Source: Malacoraja senta | Taxonomy: Eukaryota | Reading direction: 5' to 3' | Assembly (NCBI GenBank): GCA_038087875.1 | Contig: JAXLNO010000645.1 | Coordinates: forward strand, 124,001-188,000 | DNA length: 64,000 bases | Shown: in pieces, positions 14,601 through 28,800 of the stretch | How positions within the stretch are numbered: the first letter of the stretch is position 1 | Layout of the letters: every line of letters begins with the position of its first letter | Translations under genes and position numbers: made by a program | The notes under the pieces: generated by a model | Databases searched by the model: none | What the model saw: the letters and a program-made list of their open reading frames with translations, nothing else | Told to the model about the DNA's origin: nothing

Positions 14601-17060
14601 TTCATGTCCTGAAATTTCGTCGCTTTTCGCGTGCAGAATTATTGTCATGTTCGCGTGCAGAATTTTCGTCACTTTTCACGTCGTGCTGGTTCATCAATTT
14701 TCGTGTGCCGAAATTTTGTCGCATTTCATCTCCTGAAATGTTGTCGCTTCATGCATCCTGAACTTTTGTCACATTTCGCATCTTGAATTTACGTCGCTTT
14801 TGACATTTTAAATTTTCGTCGCCTTTCGCGTCCTGAAGGTTCGTCACTTTTCGCGTGCTGAATTTTCGTCGCTTTTCGCGTGTTGAAATTTCGTCGCTTT
14901 TCTTGTTCTGAAATTTCGTCGCTTTATGCGTCTGTAATTTCGTTGCTTTTCGCATGCTGAATTTACATCGCTTTTCACAGGCTGAATTTTCGTCGCTTCT
15001 CACAGGCTGAATTTTTGTCGCTTTTCGCGTGCTGAAATTTAGTCACCTTTCATGTCCTGAAATTTCGTCGCCTTTCACATCCTGAAATTTCGTTGGTTTA
15101 TTCGTCCTGATATTACGTCGCTTTTCACTTGCTGAATTTTGGTCGCTTTTTGCATGCTGAATTTCCGTCGCTTTTCACGTGCTGAAATTTCGTCGCCATA
15201 TTCGTCCTGATATTACGTCTTATTCGTCCTGAATTTTTGTCGCATTTTGCATGCTGAAATTTCGTCGGCTTTCATGTCCTGAAATTTCGTCGCCTTTCAC
15301 GTCCTGAAATGTCGTCGCTTTATTCGTCCTGATATTACGTCGCTTTTTGCATGCTGAATTTTATTTGGGTTTGCATGCTGAATTTTCATCGCTTTTCGCA
15401 TGCTAAATTTTCGTCACCTATCACCTGCTGAATTTTTGTTGCTTTTCACGCGCTAAATTTTCGTCGCTTTTCACGTTATGAAATGTAGTCACTTTTCGCG
15501 TGAGGAATTTCCATCGCCTTTCGCGTCCTGAAGGTTTGTCACTTTACCTGTGCTGAAATTTTGTTTGTCGCTTTACCCGCGCTCAATTTTTGTGCCTTTT
15601 GCATGCTGAATTTTCATTGCTTTTCGCATGCTAAATTTTCGTCACCTTTCACGTTCTGAAATGTAGTCACTTTTCACGTGCTGAATTTTCGTCACTTTAC
15701 GCGTGCAGAATTTTCGTTGGTTTGAACGTCCAAGGTACCTCCCTTTTCGCGTGCTGAATTTTCGTTGCTTTTCGCATGCTGAATTTTCGTCGCTTTTTGT
15801 GTGCTGAAATTTCGTCGGTTTTTGTCTGCTGAAAATTCGTCGCTTTTCATGTTCTAAAAATTTCGTCGCTTTATGCGTCCTGTAATTTCGTCACTTTTCG
15901 TATGCTAAATTTCGTCGCTTTTTGTGTGCTGAAATTTCGGCGCTTTTCGTGTGCTGATAATTTGTCACTTTTCACGTCCTGAAATTCGTTGCTTTATTCG
16001 TCCTGATATTACATCACTTTTCGCGAGCTGAATTTTTGTCTCTTTTTGAATGCTGAATTTTCGTCGCTTTTTGCGTGCTTCAATTTCATCGCTTTTCGCG
16101 TATTGATGTTTCTTAGCTTTTCGCATACTGAATTTTCGTCGCTTTTCGAATGCTGTATTTTTGTCGCTTTTCGCGTGCTAAATTTTCGTTGCTTTTTACG
16201 TTCTGAAATGTAGTCACTTTTCGCGTAAGGAATTTCCGTCGCCTTTCGCGTCCTGAAGGTTTGTCGCTTTACCCGTTCTGAATTTTTGTCACTACGCCTG
16301 GTGAATTTTCGTTGGTTTTAACGTCCTGGTCCCTCTCTTTTCACGTGCTGAATTTTCGTCGCATTTCGCATGCTGAATTTTCATCGCTTTTCGCATGCTG
16401 AATTTTCGTCACTTTTCATGTGCTGAAATTTCTCCGCTTTTCATGTTTAGTAATGTCGTCGCTTTATGAGTCCTGATGTTTCATCGCTTTATGCGTCCTG
16501 ATGTTTCGTTGATTTTGGCATGCTGAATTTTCGTCACTTTTTGTGTGCTGAAATTTCGTCGCTTTTCATCTGCTGAAATTTCGTTGCTTTTCACGTCCTG
16601 AAATTGCGTCATTTTGGCGTGCTGAATTTTCATAACTTTTCATGTCCTGAAGGATCGTCACTTTTCGTGTGCTGAAATTTCGTCGCTTTTCGCATGGTGA
16701 ATTTTCGTCGCTTTTAGTATGCTGAAATTTCATCGCTTTTCCCGTCCTGAAATGTAGTCACGTTTCGCGTGCTGAATTTTCGTTGCGTGCTGATATTTCA
16801 TCGCTTTTCACGTCCTGAAATTTCGTCACTTTTGGCGTGCTGAATTTTTGTCGCTTTTCGCGTGCTGAATTTTCGTCACTTTTGGCGTGCTGAATATTGG
16901 TCGCTTTACATGTGCTGAATTTTCATCACTTTTCACGTGCTGAATTATCATCGCTTTTCGTGTCCTGAAGGTTCGTCACTTTTAACGTGCTGAAATTTCA
17001 TCACTTTTCACAGGCAAAATTTTCGTCGCTTTTTGCGTACTGAAATTCCGTCACCTTTCA
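5690..17060. repeat. Higher-order duplications within the left satellite layer (~4.8-5.0 kb unit with internal 795-bp and 1568-bp duplications)
   Basis: Near-identical ORF translations at 7418/8213 and 13954/14749 (795 apart), 9621/11189 (1568 apart) and 5951/12511 (6560 apart). Rare marker CCAAGGTACCTCC at ~9342, ~10910 and ~15730; CTGGTCCCTCTC at ~11506 and ~16326. Boundaries approximate. Confidence 0.85.
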
Positions 17061-19849
17061 AGTCCTGAAATTTCGTCGCCTTTCACGTCCTGAAATGTCG
17101 TCGCTTTATTCGTCCTGATATTACGTCGCTTTTCGAGTGCTGATTTTTTTTCGCTTTTTGCACGATGAATTTTCGTCGCTGTATGCGTGCTTCACTTTCA
17201 TCGCTTTCGTGTCTTGAAGGTTCGTTGCTTTTCGCACGCTGAATTTTCGTCGCTTTTCGCGTGCTAAATTTTCGTCGCTTTTTGCTTGCAAAATTTTCGT
17301 TGCTTTTCACGTTCTGAAATTGAGTCACTTTTCGCATGGTGAATTTTCATTGCTTTTAGTATGCAGAAATGTCGTCGCTTTTCACATCCTGATATTGAGT
17401 CACTTTTCGCATGGTGAATTTTCGTTGCTTTTAGTATGCAGAAATGTCGTCGCTTTTCACGTCCTGAAATTTCACGTGCAGAATTATCGTCACTTTTCGC
17501 GTGCTGAATTTTCCTCGCTTTTCGCGTGCTGATGATGTTTCATCACTTTTCGCTTGCTGAATTTTCATCGCTGTTTGTGTGCTGAAATTTCGGTGCTTGT
17601 CGTCTGCTGAAAATTCGTAGCTTTTCATGTTCTAAAATTTCGTCGCCTTATGCGTCCTGTAATTTCGTCACTTTTCGCATGCTGAATTTTCATTGCTTTT
17701 TGTGTGCTGAAATTTCGGGGCTTTTCATGTGGTGATATTTCGTCGCTTTTCACTTCCTGAAATTTCGTCACTTTTGGCGTGCTGAATTTTCGTCGCTTTT
17801 CTCGTACTGAAGGATCGTCGCTTTTCGCATGCTGAAATTTTGTCGCTTTTCGCTTGGTGAATTTTCGTTGCTTTTAGTATGCTGAAATTTCGTTGCTTTC
17901 ACGTGCTGAAATTTCGTCACTTTTCACGTGCTGAATTTTCATCGCCTCTTGCGTGCTTAATTTTCATGTTCTGAAGGATCGTCGCTTTTCACAGGCTGAA
18001 TTTTCGTCTCTTTTCGCGTGCTGAAATTCCGTCGCCTTTCATGTCTGAAATTTCGTCGCCTTTCACATACTGAAATTTTGTCGCTTTATATGTCCTGATG
18101 TTTTGTCGCGTTGTTTTAACATCCTGAAAGTTCCTCTCTTTTCTCATGCTGAATATTCGTTGCTATTCACATGCTTAATTTTCGTCGCTTTTTGCGTACT
18201 AAATTTTCATGACTTTTAACGTTATGAAAGTTAGTCACTTTTCGCGTGCGGAATTTCCGTTGCTTTTAGCCGCCTGAAGATTTGTCGCTTTACGCATGCT
18301 AAATTGTTGTCACTTTAACCGTGCTGAATTTTCGTTGGTTTTAACGTCCTGAAGGTTCCTCTCTTTTTTCACGTGCTGAATTTTTGTCTCTTTTCGCATG
18401 CTGAATTTCCATCGCTTTTGATGTGCTGAAATTTCGCCGCTTTACACGTTCTGAAATTTTGTCGCTTTATGCTTCCTGTAATTTCGTCAATTTTCGCATG
18501 CTGAATTTTCGTCGCTTTTTGTGTACTGAAATTTCGGCGCTTTCCGTGTGCTGATATTTCATCGCTTTTCACATCTTGAAATTTCGTCGCTTTATTCGTC
18601 CTAATATTATGTCGCTTTACGCGTGATGAATTTTTGTCACTTTATGCGTGCTGAATTTTCGTTGGTTTTAATGTCCTGAAGGATGGTCGCTTTTCATATG
18701 CTGAAAGTTCGTCGCTTTTCGCATGGTGAGTTTTCTTCGCTTTTAGTATGCTGAAATTTCGTCGCTTTTCAAGTCCTGAAATTACGTCACTTTTCGCGGG
18801 ATGAATTTTCGTTACTTTTCGCGTGCTTGATTTACGTCGCTTTTCATGTTCTGAAATTTAGTCGCTTTTTGCATGCTGAATTTTTGTCACTTTTCGTGTG
18901 CTGATATTTCATCACTTTTCACGTCCTGAAATTTCGTCACTTTAGGCGTGCTGAATTTTTGTCACTTTTCGCGCGCTGAATTTTCGTTCATTTTCACGTG
19001 CTGAATTATCGTCGCTTTTCGTGTCCTGAGGGTTCGTCACTTTTAACGTGCTGAATTGTCGTCACTTTTTGCATGCTGAATTTTCGTCTTTTTTCGCGTG
19101 CTGAAATTTCGTCGCCTTTCATGTCCTGAAATTTCGTCGCCTTTCACGTCCTGAAATTTTGTCACCTTTCACGTCCTGAAATGTTGTCGCTTTTCACGTC
19201 CTGAAATTTCGTCGCTTTATTCATCCTGATATTATGTCGCTTTTCGCATGGTCAAGTTTCGTCGCTTTTCACGTCCTGAATTTACGTCACTTTTCATGTG
19301 CTGAAATTATGTTGCTTTGCACGTGCTGAATTTTCATTGCTTTTTGCGTGCTGTGCTTTTGTAGATTTTCGCCTGCTGAAATTTCATCACATTTTGCATG
19401 CTGAATTTTCTTGGCTATTCACGTTCTGAAATGTTGTCACTTTTCGTGTGCTGAATTTTCGTCGCTTTTCACATCCTGAAGATTTGTCGCATTTCGCCTG
19501 CTGAATTTTCCTCACTTTCCTGAATTTCCGTTGCCTTTCGCATGCCTCATTTTCATCGCCTTTTGCGTGCTTCATTTTTATCACTTTTCGCGTCCTGAAG
19601 GTTCGTCGCTTTTCGCATGCTGAAGTTTCGTCAATTTTCACGTCCTGAATTTACGTCGCTTTTCGTGTGCTGAATTTTCGTCACTTTTCATGTTCTGAAA
19701 TTTCGTCACTTTTCGCATGCTGAATTTTCGTCGCTTTTCGCGTGCTGAATTTTTGTCGCCTTTCGCATGCTGAATTGTCGTCGCTTTTCCCGTGATGAAT
19801 GTTCGTCGCTTTTCTCTTTCTGAAATGTCCTTACTTTTCGCGTGCTAAA

Positions 19850-22800
19850 TTTTCGTCGCTTTTCTCTTTCTGAATTTTCATCGCTTTTCGCTGGCTGAAT
19901 TTTCGTCGCTTTTCATGTACTGAAATGTTGTCGCTTTGCACGTGCTGAGATTTTCGGCGCTTTATGTGTCCCGATGTTTTGTTGCTTTTCACGTCCTGAA
20001 TTTACATCGCTTTTTGTGTGCTGAATTTTCATCGCTTTTTGCGTGCTGTGCTTTTGTAGATTTTCGCCTGCTGAATTTTCATCATATTTTGCGTGCTCAA
20101 ATTTCATCGCTTTGCACGTTCTGAAATTTTGTCACTTTTCGCGTGCTGAATGTTCGTCGCTTTTCGCATCCTGAAGATTCGTCGCATTTCGCCTGCTGAA
20201 TTTTCCTCACTGGCTGAGTTTTCGTCGCATTTCACGTGCTGTATTTTAGTCACTTTTTATATGCTGAATTTTCGTCGCCTTTCGCGTGCTTCATTTTCAT
20301 CGCTTTTCGCAGGCTGAATTTTCATCGCTTTTCAATGTGCTGAAATTTTGCCGCTTTTTTCGTGCTGAGATTTTCGTCGCTTTGTGTTCTTATGTTTTGT
20401 TGCTTTTCGCTTGCTGGATTTACGTCGCTTTCCATGTGCTGAATTTTCATCACTTTTCCAGTGCTCAATTTTTGTCACTTTTCGCATGCTGAATTTTCGT
20501 CGCTTTTCGCGCGCTGAATTTTCGTCACTTTTCACGTTCTCAAATTTCATCACTTTTCTCGTGCTGAATTTTCGTCGCTTTTCATGTCCCGAAGGTTCGT
20601 CGCTTTTCGTGTCTTGATATTTCATCGCTTTTGGCATCCTGAATTTACGTCACTTTTCGTGTGCTGAATTTTTATCGCTTTTCGCGTGCCTCATTTTCAT
20701 TGCTTTTTGTGTCCTGAATGGTAGTCGCTTTTCACATGCTGAATTTTCGTCGCTTTTTGTGTGCTGAATTTTCGTGGCTTTTCGCGTGCTGAATTTTAGT
20801 CGCTTTTCCCGTCCTCAAGGTTCGTTGCTTTTCTCATGCAGAATTTTCGTTGCTTTGCACGTGCTGAATTTTTGTCGCTTTTCGCAGGCTGAATTTCCGT
20901 TGCTTTTCATGTGCTGAAATTTTGTCACTTTTCACGTCCTGAAATTTCGTCGCTTTATGCATCCTGATGATTCATCGCTTTTCGAATCTTGAATTTACGT
21001 CGCTTTTCGTGTGCTGAATTTCCGTTGCTTTTCATGTGCTAAATTTTCGTCAGTTTTCGTGTGCTGAATTTTCGTCGCTTTTCACGTTCTCAAATGTCAT
21101 CACTTTTCCCATGCTGAATTTTCGGCGCTTTTCACGTCCTGGTTTGTCGCTTTTCGCCTGCTGAATTTTCGTCACTTTTCGCGTGCAGAATTTTCGTCGA
21201 TTTTCGTGTCCTGAAAGTTCGTCGCATTTCACGTCCTGAAATCTCGTCACTTTATGGGTCCTGATGTTTCAGCGTTTTTCGCATCCTGAAATTACGTCAC
21301 TTTTCTTGTTCTGAATTTTCCTTGCCTTTCGCGAGCTTCATTTTCATTGCATTTCATGTCCAGAATGGTCGTCACTTTTCGCATGCTGAATTTTTGTCGC
21401 TTTTCGCATGCTGAATTTTCGTCACTTTTCGCGTGCTGAATTTTTGTCACTTTTCATGTTCTGAAATGTCGTCTCTTTTCGCGTGCTGAATTTTCGTTGC
21501 TTTTCGCGTGCTGAATTTTTGTTGCTTTTCGCACGCTGAATTTTCGTTGCTATTCATGTGCTGAAATTTTGTCGCCTTTCACGTCCTGAAGGTTCATCAC
21601 TTTTGTCGTGCTGAATTTTCATCTCTTTTCGCAGGCTGACTTTTCGTCGCTTTTCACGTGCTTTATTTTTGTCACTTTTCGCATGCTGAATTTTCGTTGC
21701 TTTTCACGTGCTGAATTTTCGTCGCCTTTCGCATGCTTCATTTTCATCGCCTTTCATGTGCATCATTTTTTAAATCACTTTACGCTTTTCGTATGCTGAG
21801 GTTTCGTCGCTTTTCTCATCCTGAATTTACTTCGTTTTCGCGCGCTGAATTTTTGTCGCTTTTCGCAGGCAGAGATTTCGTCGCTTTTTGCATGCTGTAT
21901 TTTTTTCACTTTTCGCATGCTGAATTTTCGTCGCTTGTCTCATTCTGAAATTTCGTCACTTTTCGCTTCCTGAATTTTCGTCCCTTTTCACGTCCTGAAG
22001 TTTCGTCACTTTCCGCATGCTGAAGTTTCGTCACTTTTCGCATGCTGAATTTTCGTCGCTTTTCATGTTCTGAAATTTTGTCACTTTTCGCATGCTGAAT
22101 TTTCGTCGCTTTTCACATCCTGAAGATTTGTCGCTTTTCGCCTGCTGAATTTTCCTCACTTTTCGCGTGCTGAATTTTTGTCGCTTTTCGCAGGCTGAGT
22201 TTTTGTCACTTTTTACGTGCTGTATTTTTGTCACTTTTTGCATGCTGAATTTTCGGCGCCTTTAGCGTGCTTCATTTTCATCGCCTTTTGGGTGCTTCAT
22301 TTTTTATCACTTTTCGCGTCCTGAAGGTTTGTCGCATCGCATGCTGGTTTCGTCAATTTTCGCGTACTGAATTTACATCGCTTTTCGTGTGCTGAATTTT
22401 CGTCACTTTTCACGTTCTGAAATGTCGTCACTTTTCGCATGCTGAATTTTCGTCACTTTTCCCGTGATGAATTTACATCGCTTTTCTCTTTCTGAAATGT
22501 CCTTACTTTTCGCGTGCTGAATTTTCGTCGCTTTTCTCTTTCTGAATTTTTATCACTTTTTGCAGGCAGAGTTTTCGTCGCTTTTCACGTGCTGAAGGCT
22601 CATCATCTTTGACGTGCTGAATTTTCATCGCATTTCGCTGGCTGAATTTTCGTCGCTATTGATGTACTGAAATTTTGTCGCTTTGCACGTGCTGAGATTT
22701 TCGGCGCTTTATGTGTCCCGATGTTTTGTTGCTTTTCACGTCCTGAATTTACATCGCTTTTTGTGTGCTGAATTTTCATCGCTTTTTGCCTGCTGTATTT

Positions 22801-25800
22801 TTGTAGATTTTCGCATGCTGAATTTTTGTGTGCTGAATTTTCATCGCTTTTTGCGTGTTGTGCTTTTGTAGATTTTCGCCTGCTGAATTTTCATCACATT
22901 TTGTGTGTTGAAATTTCATTGCTTTGCACGTTCTGAAATTTTGTCACTTTTCGCGTGCTGAATGTTCGTCGCTTTTCGCATCCTGAAGATTCGTCGCATT
23001 TTGCCTGCTGAATTTTCCTCACTTTTCGCGTTCTGAATTGTTGTCACTTTTCACAGGCTGTTTTCGTCGCATTTCACGTGCTGTATTTTAGTCACTTTTT
23101 GTATGCTGAATTTTCGTCGCCTTTCGCGTGCTTCATTTTCATCGCTTTTCGCAGGCTGAATTTTCATCACTTTTCAATGTGCTGAAATTTTGCCGCTTTT
23201 TTCGTGCTGAGATTTTCGTCGCTTTGTGTTCTTATGTTTTGTTGCTTTTCGCTTGCTGGATTTACGTCGCTTTCCGTGTGCTGAATTTTCATCACTTTTC
23301 CAGTGCTCAATTTTTGTCACTTTTCGCATGCTGAATTTTCGTCGCTTTTCGCGCGCTGAATTTTCGTCACTTTTCACGTTCTCAAATTTCATCACTTTTC
23401 TCGTGCTGAATTTTCGTCGCTTTTTATGTCCCGAAGGTTCGTCGCTTTTCGTGTCTTGATATTTCATCGCTTTTGGCATCTTGAATTTACGTCACTTTTC
23501 GTGTGCTGAATTTTTATCGCTTTTTGCGTGCCTCATTTTCATTGCTTTTTGTGTCCTGAATGGTAGTCGCTTTTCACATGCTGAATTTTTGTCGCTTTTT
23601 GTGTGCTGAATTTTCGTGGCTTTTCGCGTGCTGAATTTTAGTCGCTTTTCACGTCCTCAAGGTTCGTTACTTTTCTCATGCAGAATTTTCGTTGCTTTGC
23701 ACGTGCTGAATTTTTGTCGCTTTTCGCAGGCTGAATTTCCGTTGCTTTTCATGTGCTGAAATTTTGTCACTTTTCACGTCCTGAAATTTCGTCGCTTTAT
23801 GCATCCTGATGATTCATCGCTTTTCGAATCTTGAATTTACGTCGCTTTTCGTGTGCTGAATTTCCGTTGCTTTTCACGTGCTAAATTTTCGTCGGTTTTC
23901 GTGTGCTGAATTTTCGTCGCTTTTCACGTTCTCAAATGTCATCACTTTTCCCATGTTGAATTTTCGGCGCTTTTCACGTCCTGGTTTGTCGCTTTTCGCC
24001 TGCTGAATTTTCGTCACTTTTCGCGTGCAGAATTTTCATCGATTTTCATGTCCTGAAAGTTCGTCGCATTTCACGTCCTGAAATTTCGTCACTTTATGGG
24101 TCCTGATGTTTCAGCGTTTTTCGCATCCTGAAATTACGTCACTTTTCGTGTGCTGAATTTTCCTTGCCTTTCGCGAGCTTCATTTTCATTGCATTTCATG
24201 TCCAGAATGGTCGTCGCTTTTCGCATGCTGAATTTTTGTCGCTTTTCGCATGCTTAATTTTCGTCACTTTTCGCGTGCTGAATTTTTGTCACTTTTCATG
24301 TTCTGAAATGTCGTCTCTTTTCGCGTGCTGAATTTTCGTTGCTTTTTGCGTGCTGAATTTTTGTTGCTTTTCGCACGCTGAATTTTCGTTGCTATTCATG
24401 TGCTGAAATTTTGTCGCCTTTCACGTCCTGAAGGTTCATCACTTTTGTCGTGCTGAATTTTCATCTCTTTTCGCAGGCTGACTTTTTGTCGCTTTTCACG
24501 TGCTGTATTTTTGTCACTTTTTGCATGCTGAATTTTCGTTGCTTTTCACGTGCTGAATTTTCGTCGCCTTTTGCATGCTTCATTTTCATCGCCTTTCCCG
24601 TGCATCATTTTTTTTTATCACTTTACGCTTTTCGCATGCTGAATTTACTTCGTTTTCGCGCGGTGAATTTTTGTCGCTTTTCGCAGGCAGAGTTTTCGTC
24701 GCTTTTTGCATGCTGTATTTTTTTCACTTTTTGCGACTGAATTTTCGTCGCTTGTCTCGTTCTGAAATTTCGTCACTTTTCGCTTGCTGAATTTTCGTCC
24801 CTTTTCGCGTCCTGAAGTTTCGTCACTTTCCGCATGCTGAAGTTTCGTCACTTTTCGCGTACTGAATTTTTGTCGCCTTTCGCATGCTGAATTGTCGTCG
24901 CTTTTCTCTTTCTTAAATGTCCTTACTTTTCGCGTGCTGAATTTTCGTCGCTTTTCTCTTTCTGAATTTTCATCGCTTTTCGCTGGCTGAATTTTCGTTG
25001 CTTTTCATGTACTGAAATGTTGTCGCTTTGCACGTGCTGAGATTTTCGGCGCTCTATGTGTCCCGATGTTTTGTTGCTTTTCACGTCCTGAATTTACATC
25101 GCTTTTTTGTGTGCTGAATTTTCATCGCTTTTTGCCTGCTGTATTTTTGTAGATTTTCGCATGCTGAATTTTTGTGTGCTGAATTTTCATCGCTTTTTGC
25201 GTGCTGTGCTTTTGTAGATTTTCGCCTGCTGAATTTTCATCACATTTTGCGTGCTCAAATTTCATCGCTTTGCACGTTCTGAAATTCTGTCACTTTTCGC
25301 GTGCTGAATGTTCGTCGCTTTTCGCATCTTGAAGATTCGTCGCATTTCGCCTGCTGAATTTTCCTCACTGGCTGAGTTTTCGTCGCATTTCACGTGCTGT
25401 ATTTTAATCACTTTTTGTATGCTGAATTTTCGTCGCCTTTCGCGTGCTTCATTTTCATCGCTTTTCGCAGGCTGAATTTTCATCACTTTTCAATGTGCTG
25501 AAATTTTGCCGCTTTTTTCGTGCTGAGATTTTCGTCGCTTTGTGTTCTTATGTTTTGTTGCTTTTCGCTTGCTGGATTTACGTCGCTTTCCATGTGCTGA
25601 ATTTTCATCACTTTTCCAGTGCTCAATTTTTGTCACTTTTCGCATGCTGAATTTTCGTCGCTTTTCGCGCGCTGAATTTTCGTCACTTTTCACGTTCTCA
25701 AATTTCATCACTTTTCTCGTGCTGAATTTTCGTCGCTTTTCATGTCCCGAAGGTTCGTCGCTTTTCGTGTCTTGATATTTCATCGCTTTTGGCATCCTGA

Positions 25801-28800
25801 ATTTACGTCACTTTTCGTGTGCTGAATTTTTATCGCTTTTCGCGTGCCTCATTTTCATTGCTTTTTGTGTCCTGAATGGTAGTCGCTTTTCACATGCTGA
25901 ATTTTCATCGCTTTTTGTGTGCTGAATTTTCGTGGCTTTTCGCGTGCTGAATTTTAGTCGCTTTTCACGTCCTCAAGGTTCGTTGTTTTTCTCATGCAGA
26001 ATTTTCGTTGCTTTGCACGTGCTGAATTTTTGTCGCTTTTCGCAGGCTGAATTTCCGTTGCTTTTCATGTGCTGAAATTTTGTCACTTTTCACGTCCTGA
26101 AATTTCGTCACTTTATGCATCCTGATGATTCATCGCTTTTCGAATCTTGAATTTACGTCGCTTTTCGTGTGCTGAATTTCCGTTGCTTTTCACGTGCTAA
26201 ATTTTCGTCAGTTTTCGTGTGCTGAATTTTCGTCGCTTTTCACGTTCTCAAATGTCATCACTTTTCCCATGCTGAATTTTCGGCGCTTTTCACGTCCTGG
26301 TTTGTCGCTTTTCGCCTGCTGAATTTTCGTCACTTTTCGCGTGCAGAATTTTCGTCGATTTTCGTGTCCTGAAAGTTCGTCGCATTTCACGTCCTGAAAT
26401 CTCGTCACTTTATGGGTCCTGATGTTTCAGCGTTTTTCGCATCCTGAAATCATGTCACTTTTCTTGTGCTGAATTTTCCTTGCCTTTCGCGAGCTTCATT
26501 TTCATTGCATTTCATGTCCAGAATGGTCGTCACTTTTCGCATGCTGAATTTTTGTCGCTTTTCGCATGCTGAATTTTCGTCACTTTTCGCGTGCTGAATT
26601 TTTGTCACTTTTCATGTTCTGAAATGTCGTCTCTTTTCGCGTGCTGAATTTTCGTTGCTTTTCGCGTGCTGAATTTTTGTTGCTTTTCGCACGCTGAATT
26701 TTCGTTGCTATTCATGTGCTGAAATTTTGTCGCCTTTCACGTCCTGAAGGTTCATCACTTTTGTTGTGCTGAATTTTCATCTCTTTTCGCAAGCTGACTT
26801 TTCGTCGCTTTTCACGTGCTTTAGTTTTGTCACTTTTCGCATGCTGAATTTTCGTTGCTTTTCACGTGCTGAATTTTCATCGCCTTTCGCATGCTTCATA
26901 TTCATCGCCTTTCCCGTGCATCATTTTTTTAATCACTTTACGCATTTCGCATGCTGAGGTTTCGTCGCTTTTCTCATCCTGAATTTACTTCGTTTTCGCG
27001 CGCTGAATTTTTGTCGCTTTTCGCAGGCAGAGATTTCGTCGCTTTTTGCATGCTGTATTTTTTTCACTTTTCGCGACTGAATTTTCGTCGCTTGTCTCAT
27101 TCTGAAATTTCGTCACTTTTCGCTTGCTGAATTTTCGTCCCTTTTCGCGTCCTGAAGTTTCGTCACTTTCCGCATGCTGAAGTCTCGTCACTTTTCGCAT
27201 GCTGAATTTTCGTCGCTTTTCATGTTCTGAAATTTTGTCACTTTTCGCGTGCTGAATTTTCGTCGCTTTTCACATCCTGAAGATTTGTCACATTTTGCCT
27301 GCTGAATTTTCCTCACTTTTCGCGTGCTGAATTTTTGTCACTTTTCGCAGGCTGAGTTTTTGTCGCTTTTTACGTGCTGTATTTTTGTCACTTTTTGCAT
27401 GCTGAATTTTCGGCGCCTTTCGCGTGCTTCATTTTCATCGCCTTTTGCGTGCTTCATTTTTTTTATCACTTTTCGCGTCCTGAAGGTTTGTCGCATCGCA
27501 GGCTGGTTTCGTCAATTTTCGCGTCCCGAATTTACATCGCTTTTCGTGTGCTGAATTTTCGTCACTTTTCACGTTCTGAAATTTCGTCACTTTTCGCATG
27601 CTGAATTTTCGTCACTTTTCCTGTGATGAATTTACATCGCTTTTCTCTTTCTGAAATGTCCTTACTTTTCGCGTGCTGAATTTTCGTCGCTTTTCTCTTT
27701 CTGAATTTTTATCACTTTTTGCTTTTCACTTTTCGTCGCTTTTCACGTGCTGAAGGTTCATCATCTTTGACGTGCTGAATTTTCATCGCATTTCGCTGGC
27801 TGAATTTTCGTCGCTATTGATGTACTGAAATTTTGTCGCTTTGCACGTGCTGAGATTTTCGGCGCTTTATGTGTCCCGATGTTTTGTTGCTTTTCACGTC
27901 CTGAATTTACATCGCTTTTTGTGTGCTGAATTTTCATCGCTTTTTGCCTGCTGTATTTTTGTAGATTTTCGCATGCTGAATTTTTGTGTGCTGAATTTTC
28001 ATCGCTTTTTGCGTGCTGTGCTTTTGTAGATTTTCGCCTGCTGAATTTTCATCACATTTTGTGTGCTGAAATTTCATTGCTTTGCACGTTCTGAAATTTT
28101 GTCACTTTTCGCGTGCTGAATGTTCGTCGCTTTTCGCATCCTGAAGATTCGTCGCATTTCGCCTGCTGAATTTTCCTCACTTTTCGCGTTCTGAATTGTT
28201 GTCACTTTTCACAGGCTGAGTTTTCGTCGCATTTCACGTGCTGTATTTTAGTCACTTTTTGTATACTGAATCTTCGTCGCCTTTCGCGTGCTTCATTTTC
28301 ATCGCTTTTCGCAGGCTGAATTTTCATCACTACTCAATGTGCTGAAATTTTGCCGCTTTTCTCGTGCTGAGATTTTCGTCGCTTTGTGTTCTTATGTTTT
28401 GTTGCTTTTCGCTTGCTGGATTTATGTCGCTTTCCGTGTGCTGAATTTTCATCACTTTTCCAGTGCTCAATTTTTGTCACCTTTCGCATGCTGAATTTTC
28501 GTCGCTTTTCGCGCGCTGAATTTGCGTCGCTTTTCACGTTCTCAAATTTCATCACTTTTCTCGTGCTGAATTTTCGTCGCTTTTCATGTCCCGAAGGTTC
28601 GTCGCTTTTCGTGTCTTGATATTTCATCGCTTTTCGCATCCTGAAATTACGTCACTTTTCGTGTGCTCAATTTTTATCGCTTTTCGCGTGCCTCATTTTC
28701 ATTGCTTTTTGTGTCCTGAATGGTAGTCGCTTTTCGCATGCTGAATTTTCGTCGCTTTTTGCGTGCTGAATTTTCGTCGCTTTTCGCGTGCTGAATTTTA

